From Thermoplasmata archaeon (GTDB lineage: Archaea; Thermoplasmatota; Thermoplasmata; Lutacidiplasmatales; UBA184): a stretch of 64,000 nucleotides of DNA. Below the pieces are notes generated by a model that searched no databases, was not told the DNA's origin, and was given only the letters and a program-made list of their open reading frames with translations. A program made the translations under genes and the position numbers. The first letter of the stretch is position 1, and each line of letters begins with the position of its first letter. Location: contig DATJUI010000019.1 of the NCBI GenBank assembly GCA_035502455.1, positions 13,378 through 77,377 on the forward strand, written 5' to 3'. This document shows, piece by piece, positions 1 through 9,956 of the stretch.

Positions 1-957
1 TTGCCTGTCCGATCTGCTTCGACTTCTTCTGGTAAAACCGCTTGACCGCCGTCTCCTGGCGGGCGAGCTGCATCCCCATCACGGCGTTGCAGAGGAACCG
101 CTTCAGCACCAGGTCCCCGGGCTTCACCCGACGGTGCCAGCTCACATGGTCCCCGGAATTGTCGGCGCGGGGCACCAGCCCCGCGTACGAGGCGAGCTCG
201 CGCTTCGTGGGGAACCGTCGAATGTCGCCGATCTCGGCGACCAGCGCCACCGCGGTGTAGTAGTCGACCCCGGGGATCGTCATCAGCAGACGGACGTCCT
301 CGCGCTCCACTGCGAGCTGGGCGAGCTCGCGCTGGAGATCGTTCTCCTGGCTCGCGAGGTAGCTCAACTGGCGGAGCGAGCGGGCGAGGACCGCCCGCTC
401 CTCCGCGCCCAGCGGAAGGGCGGTCAGCGTGCGCAGCCCCTTCACGGCGAACCAGTCGGTGACCCCCCGCATCTCGCCGTCGAGCAGGTTCCGCGTGACC
501 AGCGCGTGGACCTGATTCTTGACGAGCGCCGCCTTCCGCCCGAGGTCCTGGCGCTCGCGCACCACCGAGCGCATCCGATCGATCTCGGGTGGGGGCACGT
601 AGCACTCCGGGAGGAACCCGGCTTGGAAGAGGTGCGCCAAGATCTCACTGTCCCGTTGGTCGATCTTCACCGAGCTCTTCGCGATGAGCCCGACGTCCCT
701 CGGCGAGGCCATGTGGAGCTGCCACCCCTCCTCCTTCAGCAGGTGGGCGACGGCCTTGCCCGCCGTGCTCGCCTCGAGCACGATCGGGACCGACGCATCG
801 ACCTCCGCTCGGAGCGCGACGAGCGCGCCCCGGGTGGTCGAGAAGGTCCACGCTCTCTTCGGCTTTCCGTCCGGGCTCAGATACGTTGCGGTCGTGGTCG
901 ACTTGTGGACATCGAGCCCGAGACATGGGCTCGGAGTCCATTCTCTCTCCTCGTTCA
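1..957 (-). mobile_element. IS110-family transposase, partial; C-terminus runs off window start, likely GTG start near 957
   Basis: Minus-strand translation gives ...CLGLDVHKSTTTATYLSPDGK... (N-terminal DEDD domain) and ...TIPGVDYYTAVALVAEIGDIRRFPTKRELASYAGLVPRADNSGD... (Transposase_20 helix-hairpin-helix motif), both hallmarks of IS110/IS1111 transposases. This frame is not in the supplied ORF track; read directly from sequence. Confidence 0.75.
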
Positions 958-1270
958 CCTTCGTCTTCCCTCCGTTGGGTCGTGGAACTCGGGCACGGGT
1001 CTCGACAACCTCCCGTACGTGCACACGGTCTTCGTGGACCGGGGCACAGATGGACCCGTCGTGAGGGCGGCCACACTTCCTAGCGCACTCGACGTGCAAA
1101 GGGGTTGACGGCCGCCCGGGCCCGAGCTCACGTGGGCCCCCAGGCGTAGCAGCGGGATGAACCCGCTTTCAGGTCCACTTCCTCGTCCCGGAGGCGACCC
1201 CTCCGGGGCCCGTTCGTTCGTTCCCTCGCCGGGCCGGGGGGAGAAATAGCGGGACGGACTGTCGATTCCC

Positions 1271-1627
1271 GTGGCGCTCTGGGAGGACCGCCCCGACGCT
1301 TGGCACGAGGTCGCGCCGGGGGTCCGGCGCCGCATCCTCACGCACGACCCCACGGTGATGATGGTCCTCTACGAGATCGCGCCCGGCACCACGTTCCCGA
1401 TGCACGCCCACCCGCACCTCCAGACGGGCGTCGTCCTCGAGGGAGGCGGGTCGTTCTCGATCGGCGGCGACGCCCGGCCCGTGCGCAAGGGGTCGTCGTA
1501 CCTCGTCCCCGGCGGCGTCCCGCACGAGCTGCGCACGGCCGCCGACGCGACCACGATCGTGCTCGACGTCTTCGTCCCGCCGCGGGAGGACTTCCTCGGC
1601 GAGGCGCTCCCACCCGACCGTCCGTAG
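1271..1627 (+). CDS. cupin domain protein
   Basis: 118 aa; His-containing cupin motifs (FPMHAHPHLQTGVVLEGGG ... GVPHEL); high GC3 codon usage. Confidence 0.7.
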   Translation: MALWEDRPDAWHEVAPGVRRRILTHDPTVMMVLYEIAPGTTFPMHAHPHLQTGVVLEGGGSFSIGGDARPVRKGSSYLVPGGVPHELRTAADATTIVLDVFVPPREDFLGEALPPDRP

Positions 1628-1631
1628 CCGG

Positions 1632-2426
1632 TCAGCCGACCGACCGCAGCGCGCCGCCGTCGACGGGGACCATCGCCCCCGAGACGTAGCTCGAGAGCTC
1701 GCTCCCGAGGAAGACGACCACCCGGCCGAGCTCCTCCGTCGTCCCGAGCCGGCCGAGCGGGATGTCGCGGACGAGCTCCCCGAGCACCGCGTCCGGCGAC
1801 GTCCCGCGACGGCGGGCCGCGTCCGCCACGACCTCCTCGATCCGGTCCGTCCGGGTGTAGCCCGGCAGGATGCCGTTCACCCGGATCCGCCGGGGGCCGA
1901 GCTCGCGGGCGAGCGTCCGCACGAGGCCGGCGACGGCGATCCGGCAGACGCTCGAGGTCGCGATGTTGGCGATCGGTTCGCGGATCGCGGTCGACGTGAG
2001 GAACACCATCCGGCCGCCGTGCCCGGAGCGCCCCATCGCCTCGGCCGCCCGGCGGGCGAGGTACGCGGGGCTCACCACGAGCAGCTCCGCCGCCGCGCTC
2101 CAGTCGTCGTACGACTGCTCGAGGAAGACGCCCGGCCGCGGCGACCCCGTGACGTAGACGAGCGTGTCGAGACCGCCGAGCCGGGCCACCGTGCCGTCGA
2201 CCAGACGGTCGAGCTCCGCCCGCCGCCGAAGGTCGGCGACGATCCCGTCGACCTCGCCGAGCGTGCGGAGCTCCGCCACCGCGCGGTCGAGCCGCTCCCG
2301 GTTCGAGGAGTTGACGACCACCCGCGCCCCCTCGGCGAGGAACGCCCGAGCGGCCCCGAGCCCGATCCCCCGGCTGGCCGCGGTGACGAGCACCCGGGCG
2401 CCGCGGAGCCCCGGGTCGAGCGTCAT
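1632..2426 (-). CDS. SDR-family short-chain dehydrogenase/reductase
   Basis: Internal start MTLDPGLRGARVLVTAASRGIGLGAA (TGxxxGIG Rossmann motif); track ORF extended upstream by a spurious Arg-rich stretch; 4-nt overlap with downstream cyclase gene. Confidence 0.8.
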   Translation of the reverse strand: MTLDPGLRGARVLVTAASRGIGLGAARAFLAEGARVVVNSSNRERLDRAVAELRTLGEVDGIVADLRRRAELDRLVDGTVARLGGLDTLVYVTGSPRPGVFLEQSYDDWSAAAELLVVSPAYLARRAAEAMGRSGHGGRMVFLTSTAIREPIANIATSSVCRIAVAGLVRTLARELGPRRIRVNGILPGYTRTDRIEEVVADAARRRGTSPDAVLGELVRDIPLGRLGTTEELGRVVVFLGSELSSYVSGAMVPVDGGALRSVG

Positions 2427-3094
2427 GCGGTCCCGCCCCGGGCGATCGCGAGCACCCGCGCCATCCCGCCGCTCCCGCCCGCGATCTTGAGGGGGGCCAC
2501 GACCACGGTGTACTCCCGACCCTCCTCGAGCTCGTCCAAGTGATCGAGCGCTTCCACGAGCCAGATGTCGTGCCGCAGCAGCGCCTTGTGCGCGGCGTAC
2601 TCCGTGTTCGCGTACGGGTCGATGCCGAGCGTGTCGGTGCCGACCCCCTTGAGCCCCCGGAGTGCGAGCCATTCCGCGGCGTCCACGCTGAGCCCGGGGA
2701 AGTCGTAGAGATACCGGCGCGTCGGGCCCCGCACCCGGCTCCAGTCGGTGCGCAGCAGCACGATCTCGGGCGTGCCCCGGGCCGGCCAGTGGCGCTCGAG
2801 CGCGGGACGCGGGATCAGCGTGCCTTCGAGCTCGGCGCGCAGGTCGAGGACGACGCCGGTGCCGACGAGCCGCTCGGGCGGGATCCGGTCCACGGTCCGC
2901 CCATCCTCCAGGAAGTGGTACGGCGCGTCGACGTGGGTCCCCGTGTGGGTCAGGCAGTCGATCCGCTCCATCGAATAGCCGTCGCGGGGGACGAGCGCGA
3001 CGGGCGCGAACGAGGGGGCGGGCGACGTCGGCCAGGTCGCCATGTTCGTCTCGAGCAGCGCCGTCAAGTCGTGCACGCGCGGGGAGCCGGCCAT
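2423..3094 (-). CDS. cyclase-family protein (kynurenine formamidase-like)
   Basis: HTGTHVDAPYHF metal-binding motif typical of the cyclase/arylformamidase family; translationally coupled to the SDR gene. Confidence 0.75.
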   Translation of the reverse strand: MAGSPRVHDLTALLETNMATWPTSPAPSFAPVALVPRDGYSMERIDCLTHTGTHVDAPYHFLEDGRTVDRIPPERLVGTGVVLDLRAELEGTLIPRPALERHWPARGTPEIVLLRTDWSRVRGPTRRYLYDFPGLSVDAAEWLALRGLKGVGTDTLGIDPYANTEYAAHKALLRHDIWLVEALDHLDELEEGREYTVVVAPLKIAGGSGGMARVLAIARGGTA

Positions 3095-3137
3095 CGGGCC
3101 GGGAAGGTCGGACCGCTACTAAAGCGGCCGAGGCCGC

Positions 3138-4307
3138 TCAGCCCCGCTGGGCGCCGTGGCGCTCGAGGAACCGCCGCAGGCGGCGGATCCCCTCCTCGAG
3201 CGTGTCCAAGGAGCTCGTGAACGACAGGCGGACGTGCCGCTCCCCGGCCGGACCGAACGCGACGCCCGGGACGAGCGCGAGGCGCTCCTCCTCGAGGAGC
3301 CGCGTACAGAAGTCGACCGACGACAGCGCGAGGTCGTAGCGCGGGAACGCGTAGAACGCCCCCTCGGGCGGCACGCACGAGATCCCGGGCAGATCGTCCA
3401 GCCGGGCGAGCAGGTGATCGCGACGCTCGCGGAACGCCTCGCGAAAGCGCGCCTCGTCGGCCGCCCCGTGGGCGAGCGCCCAGACGCACGCGCGCTGGAC
3501 GAACGGCGGGACGCAGGTCAGCGTGTGCTCGACCACCTTCACCACGCGCGCCCGGATCGCGGGGGGCGCGGCGAGGTAGCCGGCCCGCCAGCCCGTCATC
3601 GCGTACAGCTTCGAGAAGCTCCCGATGGTGACCACCGGGACCTCGGGCGGCGCGAGCGCGGCCGGGGAGACGTGGGTGCCGTCGTAGACCAGGGACTCGT
3701 ACGTCTCGTCGCTGACGACCGTGAGCCCCTTGCGGGCCGCGATCTCGAGCGCGTCCTTGATCTCCCCCCGACGGAGCAACCGGCCCGTCGGGTTCGCCGG
3801 GGAGACCAGCAGGAGGAGCTTCGCGCGCGGCGTGATCGCGTCGAACAGCGCGTTCGGGTCGAACGCGAAGTTCTCGCGCGACGGGAAGTAGACCGGTTTC
3901 GCCCCGATCAGCCGGATCGGCTGCTCGAACAGGTAGGTCGGATCGGGCAGCAGCACCTCGTCGCCGGGGCCGACCGTGGCGAGCAGCGTCGCGTAGATCG
4001 CGAACTTGGCGGGGAGCACGACCACGTCCTCGGGCCCGACCGGGATGCGGTGGCGCTCGCCGAGGCGCTGGGCGATCGCCGCCCGCAGCTCGGGGAGACC
4101 GGCCGCCGGGGCGTAGCGGGTCCATCCCTCGTTCATCGCCGCGTACGCCGCGTCCCGGATGCCGGCGGGGGTGTCGAAGTCCGGCTCGCCGATGTGCAGG
4201 CCGACTACCGGTTCGCCCTGCGCCCGCAGCCGGAAGATCCGCTCGATCAACGCGAGGATCGGGGACTCGCCGATCTCGTCGACGGTCACGGGCGCTCCAT
4301 CCCGCAC
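3138..4307 (-). CDS. PLP-dependent aminotransferase class I/II (aspartate aminotransferase-like)
   Basis: 389 aa; SFSKLYAMTGWRAGY PLP-lysine motif; LVSPANPTG motif. Confidence 0.85.
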   Translation of the reverse strand: MRDGAPVTVDEIGESPILALIERIFRLRAQGEPVVGLHIGEPDFDTPAGIRDAAYAAMNEGWTRYAPAAGLPELRAAIAQRLGERHRIPVGPEDVVVLPAKFAIYATLLATVGPGDEVLLPDPTYLFEQPIRLIGAKPVYFPSRENFAFDPNALFDAITPRAKLLLLVSPANPTGRLLRRGEIKDALEIAARKGLTVVSDETYESLVYDGTHVSPAALAPPEVPVVTIGSFSKLYAMTGWRAGYLAAPPAIRARVVKVVEHTLTCVPPFVQRACVWALAHGAADEARFREAFRERRDHLLARLDDLPGISCVPPEGAFYAFPRYDLALSSVDFCTRLLEEERLALVPGVAFGPAGERHVRLSFTSSLDTLEEGIRRLRRFLERHGAQRG

Positions 4308-4353
4308 GGAGGATAAGCCCGGCGACGGCCCGGAGGCGCCCCGCCCGTGCGGG

Positions 4354-4914
4354 TCAGCGGGCGCGCCGCGCGGCCCGCAGCGCGGCCCCGACCTTGCGCA
4401 TCGCGCGCGCGCGATGCGAGATCGCGTTCTTCGCCGCGGCCGGCGCTTCGCCGAACGTCCGATCCCAGCCGTTCGGCACGAAGATCGGGTCGTAGCCGAA
4501 CCCGTGGCGTCCGCGGGGCCGGTCCGCGATCGAGCCGTGCACCTCGCCCCGGAACGTCCAGCGGCGACGTCCGCGCCGCAGCCCGGCGACGGTGGCGAAG
4601 TACGCGCCGCGCGGCCGGTGGGCCAGCAGCTCGAAGATCGGGCCGAACCGCCAGACGCGCAGGAAGTGGGCGGAGTAGACGCCGGGGAAGCCGCGCAGCG
4701 ACGGGATGAACAGCCCGGAGTCCTCGATCAGTACGTAGCCCTCCACGTCGTCCACCGCATCGAGCTTGGCCGCCACCACCTCCTCGAGGCGGTCGGCCTG
4801 CGGCTCGGGCAGCGTCCGCGGCGCCCAGCGCGTCGCGACGCCGAACTCGGCGAGGACGTCGCGGACCTCCCGGAACTTCCCGGGGTTGCTGCTCACGAAC
4901 GTGACGGTCGTCAC
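4354..4914 (-). CDS. non-canonical purine NTP pyrophosphatase (Ham1/RdgB/ITPase family)
   Basis: FVSSNPGKFREV ... GFGYDPIFVP motifs characteristic of ITPases. Confidence 0.8.
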   Translation of the reverse strand: MTTVTFVSSNPGKFREVRDVLAEFGVATRWAPRTLPEPQADRLEEVVAAKLDAVDDVEGYVLIEDSGLFIPSLRGFPGVYSAHFLRVWRFGPIFELLAHRPRGAYFATVAGLRRGRRRWTFRGEVHGSIADRPRGRHGFGYDPIFVPNGWDRTFGEAPAAAKNAISHRARAMRKVGAALRAARRAR

Positions 4915-4926
4915 CGGACGGGCCCC

Positions 4927-5463
4927 CTACCAGGGGTACTCGTCGTAGGCGATGATCTCGTCCGGGCTCTTGCGCCCGTCGCCGTCGCCCTTCGCCGAAC
5001 CGTTCGACGCGACGGGGTAGCCGATCGGGACGATCGCGATCGGGTGGATCCCCTCGGGCACGTGCAGCACCGTACGGACCTTCTCGTCGTTGAAGTCGAT
5101 GATCCAGTTCGTGCCCAGCCCCTCGGCGGTGGCCGCCAGCTGGAGGTGGTCGATCGCGACGGCCACGTCGAGCGGATAGGCCGAGATGTAGCCCCCGATG
5201 GTCACCGCGATGTCCTCCTCGACGGCGAAGGCGACGATCGCCGCGGGGGCCTCGGCGATGAGCCGCCCGCGGCTCGACGCCTGCGCCAACAGCCGCTTGC
5301 GCTCGTCGTCCTGGACGACCACGAACCGCCACGGCTGGAGGTTGTGCTGGCTCGGGGCGAGTCGCGCGGCCCCGAGGATCGCCTTCAGCTTCTCGGGCGG
5401 CACCGGTCGCGGCTGGTACTGCGCGCAGGGCCGGAACGAGCGAATCGCGTCGAGAACGTCCAT
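4927..5463 (-). CDS. nitroreductase-family protein
   Basis: Internal start MDVLDAIRSFRP...; PSQHNLQPWRFVVV nitroreductase motif; track ORF has a spurious N-terminal extension. Confidence 0.65.
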   Translation of the reverse strand: MDVLDAIRSFRPCAQYQPRPVPPEKLKAILGAARLAPSQHNLQPWRFVVVQDDERKRLLAQASSRGRLIAEAPAAIVAFAVEEDIAVTIGGYISAYPLDVAVAIDHLQLAATAEGLGTNWIIDFNDEKVRTVLHVPEGIHPIAIVPIGYPVASNGSAKGDGDGRKSPDEIIAYDEYPW

Positions 5464-5718
5464 GACGACCGACCGAGAAGAAAGGGGCGATGGTACGGGG
5501 TGGCCTCGGGAGCCTACCCCTCCGTGCACGCAGGGCGCATCCGACGTTGCGAGGGGGGCGCCCGTTAAAAGCATTTGCGACAGCCGACGCGCCCGACGCG
5601 CGCGGTCGCCTCCGCGGGCGGCCGGCCCGAGGGCGAGCCGCGGTCCCAGGTCCCGCCAGACGGTCGCGGTCTCGTGGTGCGCCCCCGCCGCGGTCGAGAT
5701 CCAACCGGTGCCGACCCG

Positions 5719-6297
5719 CTACCCCCCGATCGCTTCGCAGAGACGGCGGGCGGGTTTGTCGGACAGCACCCCCACGACCGCCGACGCGGCCCCGATCGCG
5801 CCCAGGTCGTGGGCGAGCGACCCCGCGAGGGGGCGCCCGAGGCCGCGGCCCCGGTAGGGACGCCGCAAGCAGATCGCGCCGATCTCCCCGCGGGCCCCCA
5901 CGTGCGGCGGTCGGGCGTCGCCGCCCCGGACGAAGCCGACGATCCCGTCGGACCGGGTGTCGGCCACGAGCGTCGCCTCGTCGTCGCCCGACGTCAGGTG
6001 GCGCGCCCATCGCTCGGTCCGTTGGGGGAGCTCCCGGGACAGCCGCTCCAAGTAGGCGGGGTCCCCGATGCCCCGGTAGGCGGCCCGCCGGATCGGGATG
6101 CGGACGTCGGCCAGCGCCCCCGCGTCGGCGGCGGCCGCCCGCCGGATCCGGACCTCCGTCCCCGCCGACAGCCGACCGCCGGACGTCCCGACCCCACGCG
6201 GGACCGGCAGTCCGCCTATAGTGTTAAATATGGCGGACAGGGCTCGGGGAGCGCTGCTGACAAGCGTCCGACAAACGGGCGGGCGTCGGCGACGCAC
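5719..6297 (-). CDS. GNAT-family N-acetyltransferase (start uncertain)
   Basis: C-terminal half has the acetyl-CoA binding pattern (ICLRRPYRGRGLGRPLAGSL); no ATG/GTG/TTG between the called GTG and the core, so the long form was kept. Confidence 0.55.
   Translation of the reverse strand: MRRRRPPVCRTLVSSAPRALSAIFNTIGGLPVPRGVGTSGGRLSAGTEVRIRRAAAADAGALADVRIPIRRAAYRGIGDPAYLERLSRELPQRTERWARHLTSGDDEATLVADTRSDGIVGFVRGGDARPPHVGARGEIGAICLRRPYRGRGLGRPLAGSLAHDLGAIGAASAVVGVLSDKPARRLCEAIGG
6222..6230 (+). promoter_or_regulatory. TATA-box-like element (gttaaatat) about 100 nt upstream of smc; SD-like aggaagg lies 8 nt before the smc ATG
   Basis: AT-rich octamer in an otherwise about 70 % GC context; lies inside the called GNAT ORF. 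Confidence 0.3.
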
Positions 6298-6332
6298 GAC
6301 GGACCACGAAACCCCACAGGAAGGCGCGCGCG

Positions 6333-9300
6333 ATGTATCTGAAGCGGGTGAAGCTGAGGAACTTCAAGTCGTTCTCCGGCGCGACCGAGATCCCGTTCCA
6401 GCCCGGGTTCACCGGGGTCGCGGGACCGAACGGGATGGGCAAGTCGAACATCTCGGACGCCATCCTGTTCGTGCTCGGCCCGACCAGCTCGAAGGCGCTG
6501 CGGGCCGAGCGGCTCACGCACCTGTTCTTCAACGGGGGCGCCTCGAAGAAGCCGGCGACCGAGTGCGAGGTCTCCCTCGTCTTCGACAACGGGGACCGGC
6601 TGCTGCCCGTCGACACCCCCGAGGTCGAGATCACCCGGTACGTGAAGCTCGCCCCGTCCGACCCGGACGGCTACTACTCGTACTTCTACGTCAACGGCAA
6701 GCGGACGACCCAGACCGACATCGACAACGTCCTCTCCCACGCGCGCCTCTCGGGCGACGGCTACAACCTCGTCCAGCAGGGGGACGTCAACAAGGTCGTG
6801 ACGATGGGCCCGATCCCCCGCCGGGGACTGGTCGAGCGGCTGGCCGGGATCAGCCACTACGACGAGGAGCTCGACCGGGCCGCCGCGAAGCGGACCGATC
6901 TCGAGCAGAACCTCGACCGGATCGGCACCCTCCTCTCCGAGATCAAGAGCCGCATCGGCGCCCTCGAGGGGCAGCGGCTGCAGGCGATCCAGTACCAGCA
7001 GCTCCAGGACCAGAAGCGACGGTCCGAGGCTCGCCTCGCGAGGGCCGGTCACAAGCTCGCCGAGCAGGAGCTCGCGACGTGTACGAAGCAGGTCGAGGCC
7101 GTCCGGACCGAGCTCGCCCGTCTCGACACCGAGCGGGCGACGCTCGCCGCACGCGAGGCCGAGCTCGCGGCGCAGATCGACGCGATCGACCGGGAGGTCG
7201 CCGAGGCCGGCGGCCAGGCCGCGGTGAAGTTCAAGGCCGAGCTCGACGAGAAGAAGATGGCGTACGCCCGGCTCGATCAGAGCGTGGGCCACCTGACGGA
7301 GGCGCTCGAGGCGCTCGACGCCCAGGTCGCCGAGCTGGGAAAGTCCCTCGGGGCCGACCGGCGCCAGCACGACGCCCTGAACCGTCAGGAGGTCGGGCTC
7401 GCCGAGGAGCTCGCGGCGCTGGAGAAGAGCGCCGAGGCGCAGTCGCGCGAGATGCAGGGCGCGGCCGGGACCCCCGGGCGCTCGCAGGAGAAGCTCGCCG
7501 GGGCCCGCAAGCAGCAGCTCGAGCTCGAGCGGCAGCTCGACGCGAAGCAGAAGGCGTGGCAAGCCGCGATCCAGGCCCGCGAGGCCGCCAGCGCGGCGGT
7601 CCAGGCGGCCGAACGGGACCAGGCCCAGGCCGAGGACGACGTGCGGGAGCGCGAGGTCGAGGCGAAGGACCTCGAGCTTCGCATCCGGGAGGCCGCCCCC
7701 TCGAAGGGCACGACCCCCGCGTCGACCGGCGACCTCCAGAAGGAGCTGTTCCAGCTCAAGACCAAGGAGAAGGCGCTCACCGCCGAGGCGGACCGCCTCG
7801 GCGCCGAGGTCACCGAGCTCAACCGTCGCTACCTCACGCTCGATGCGCGTCTCAAGGCCCGCGCGGAGTCCGGCGGACGCCCCAACGCCCTCGCGGCGGT
7901 CGATTTCCTGCTCTCCCAGCGGAACCTAGGCAAGGTCCACGGCATCCGGGGCACGGTCGAGGAGCTCGCCGAGTTCGAGCCGAAGGTGAAGACCGCCCTC
8001 CAGGTCGCCGGAGGCAACCGGTTCCAGGCGCTGGTCGTCGAGACCGATCAGGTCGCGGAGGAGTGCATCCGGCGGCTCCGGGACGAGAAGCGGGGCCGTG
8101 CGACGTTCCTTCCCCTCAACAAGATGCTGCCCGGCCGGCCGCACGGCAAGTCGTTGCTGGTGGCGAAGTCGGACGGCGCGGAGGGGTTCGCGATCGACCT
8201 GGTGCGGTTCGACGAGGCCCTGCGCCCCGCGTTCTGGTACGTCTTCGGCGAGACGGTCGTGATGAGCGACCTCGCGCGCGCCCGAGCCCAGATGGGCGGC
8301 GTCCGCCTCGTCACGCTCTCGGGCGACCTCATCGAGGCGACCGGCGCGATCTCGGGCGGCTATCTCGACCCGTCCGGTGGTCGGGGCGCCGACAGTGCGG
8401 TGGAACTGAAGCGCGTCGGCGACGAGCTCCGCGAGAAGAGCGGGGCCGAGTCGGCGGCCCGCACCGAACTCGCGAAGACCGCGGAACGGATCCGGGTCGT
8501 CGCCGAGGAGCTCGCCACCCGATCGATCCAGGACCAGGCCCACCAGTCGACGCGGGCCGTGCTCGACAAGGACCTCGCGGCCGCCCGCCAACGCCTCTCC
8601 GACGCCCGCGCCCGCGTGACCGCGGGCACGCAGGCGGAGGGCAAGGCCCGCGGCGCGCTCGCGACGGCCGAGGCGGGGGTCGCGAAGCTGACCGGCGAGA
8701 TCGCGACGATCAAGACGTCGATCCAGCAGGCCCAGGAGCAGTACCTCGGCCTGCTCCCCGAGGCGCTCTCGTCCCGGCTGCGCACGCTGCAGGAAGCGAG
8801 CCAGAAGACCGCCGACGCGCGCGTCCGGGTGAACGGCGAGCTCGAGTCGGTCCGGGCCTCGATCGCCGCGCTCGCGACGAACCTCTCCGCGCGCACCGCC
8901 GAGCTCGACTCCGCGAACCGGGCGGTGGCCGCGAAGCGCAAGGAGCTCGCGGCGACGCAGAGGTCGCTCGCCGCGGCCCGCGAGTCGCTCGACGCGCTCA
9001 AGGCCGTGGAGGCGAAGCAGGGCGAGGCCCAGAAGGGGCTCGCGGAGAAGAAGCGCGCGATCGACGCGGAGCGGCTCAAGGTCACGGGGCGCCTCGGCGA
9101 GGTCCAGGCGAACCTCACCACCCGCCAGGGGATGCTCACTTCCGAGGAGACCCGACGGGCCCTGGCGGAGCAGCACCTGAACGAGCTTCGGGAGGCGCTG
9201 CGGCAGTACCCGGATCCGGAGCCGGACGAAAAGCCGGCGTCGATCGAGGAGCTGAAGCGATCGATCGCGACGTACGAGCAGCAGCTCGCGGCGATGGGCG

Positions 9301-9956
9301 CCGTGAACCTGAAGGCCGTCGAGGAGTACGACGCCGAGAAAGGACGCCTCGACGAGTTCGCCCACGAGGTCGACCGGCTCACGACCGAGAAGACCGAGCT
9401 CACCGGGCTCGTCGCGGAGATCGAGACGAAGAAGCGCGAGAAGCTGCGCGAGGTCGTCGGCCAGGTCGGCACGCACTTCAAGGAGATCTACGGCGAGCTG
9501 TCGGCGGGCGGCGAGGGCGAGATCGAGCTCGAGAACCCGGACGATCCGCTCGCGGGAGGGCTCCTGATCCGCGCCCAACCGGTCGGCAAGACCGTCGCGC
9601 GGCTCGAGCAGCTGTCCGGGGGCGAGAAGTCGCTCGCCAGCCTCGCGTTCATCTTCTCGCTGCAGCGGTACGACCCGAGCCCGCTCTACGTCTTTGACGA
9701 GGTCGACATGTCGCTGGACGGGCTCAACGCGGAGTACGTCGGGCGGATGCTCCGGCGGAACTCCGAGCGCGCGCAGTTCGTCGTGATCTCGCTGCGCAAG
9801 GTGACCCTCAAGTTCGCCCAGCATCTGTTCGGCGTCACGATGCGCGGAGACGGCTGCTCCCGCGCGGTCGGGATCCACCTCGACGACATCCACGACGTGG
9901 AGAGCCGGGACGGGGCCCGGTCGCCCGACGGTCCGATGCCGATGGAGGCCCGGTGA
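6333..9956 (+). CDS. smc: chromosome segregation protein SMC
   Basis: 1207 aa; N-terminal Walker A (FTGVAGPNGMGKSNISDAILFVLG), long coiled-coil arms, hinge, C-terminal signature LSGGEKSLASLAFIFSLQRY and Walker B LYVFDEVD. Confidence 0.95.
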   Translation: MYLKRVKLRNFKSFSGATEIPFQPGFTGVAGPNGMGKSNISDAILFVLGPTSSKALRAERLTHLFFNGGASKKPATECEVSLVFDNGDRLLPVDTPEVEITRYVKLAPSDPDGYYSYFYVNGKRTTQTDIDNVLSHARLSGDGYNLVQQGDVNKVVTMGPIPRRGLVERLAGISHYDEELDRAAAKRTDLEQNLDRIGTLLSEIKSRIGALEGQRLQAIQYQQLQDQKRRSEARLARAGHKLAEQELATCTKQVEAVRTELARLDTERATLAAREAELAAQIDAIDREVAEAGGQAAVKFKAELDEKKMAYARLDQSVGHLTEALEALDAQVAELGKSLGADRRQHDALNRQEVGLAEELAALEKSAEAQSREMQGAAGTPGRSQEKLAGARKQQLELERQLDAKQKAWQAAIQAREAASAAVQAAERDQAQAEDDVREREVEAKDLELRIREAAPSKGTTPASTGDLQKELFQLKTKEKALTAEADRLGAEVTELNRRYLTLDARLKARAESGGRPNALAAVDFLLSQRNLGKVHGIRGTVEELAEFEPKVKTALQVAGGNRFQALVVETDQVAEECIRRLRDEKRGRATFLPLNKMLPGRPHGKSLLVAKSDGAEGFAIDLVRFDEALRPAFWYVFGETVVMSDLARARAQMGGVRLVTLSGDLIEATGAISGGYLDPSGGRGADSAVELKRVGDELREKSGAESAARTELAKTAERIRVVAEELATRSIQDQAHQSTRAVLDKDLAAARQRLSDARARVTAGTQAEGKARGALATAEAGVAKLTGEIATIKTSIQQAQEQYLGLLPEALSSRLRTLQEASQKTADARVRVNGELESVRASIAALATNLSARTAELDSANRAVAAKRKELAATQRSLAAARESLDALKAVEAKQGEAQKGLAEKKRAIDAERLKVTGRLGEVQANLTTRQGMLTSEETRRALAEQHLNELREALRQYPDPEPDEKPASIEELKRSIATYEQQLAAMGAVNLKAVEEYDAEKGRLDEFAHEVDRLTTEKTELTGLVAEIETKKREKLREVVGQVGTHFKEIYGELSAGGEGEIELENPDDPLAGGLLIRAQPVGKTVARLEQLSGGEKSLASLAFIFSLQRYDPSPLYVFDEVDMSLDGLNAEYVGRMLRRNSERAQFVVISLRKVTLKFAQHLFGVTMRGDGCSRAVGIHLDDIHDVESRDGARSPDGPMPMEAR

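Noticed and set aside
5198-6342. Plus-strand ORFs 5198-5857, 5490-6221, 5575-6342 upstream of smc
   Set aside because: Overlap the nitroreductase and GNAT genes on the opposite strand and translate to Arg/Pro-rich low-complexity sequence.
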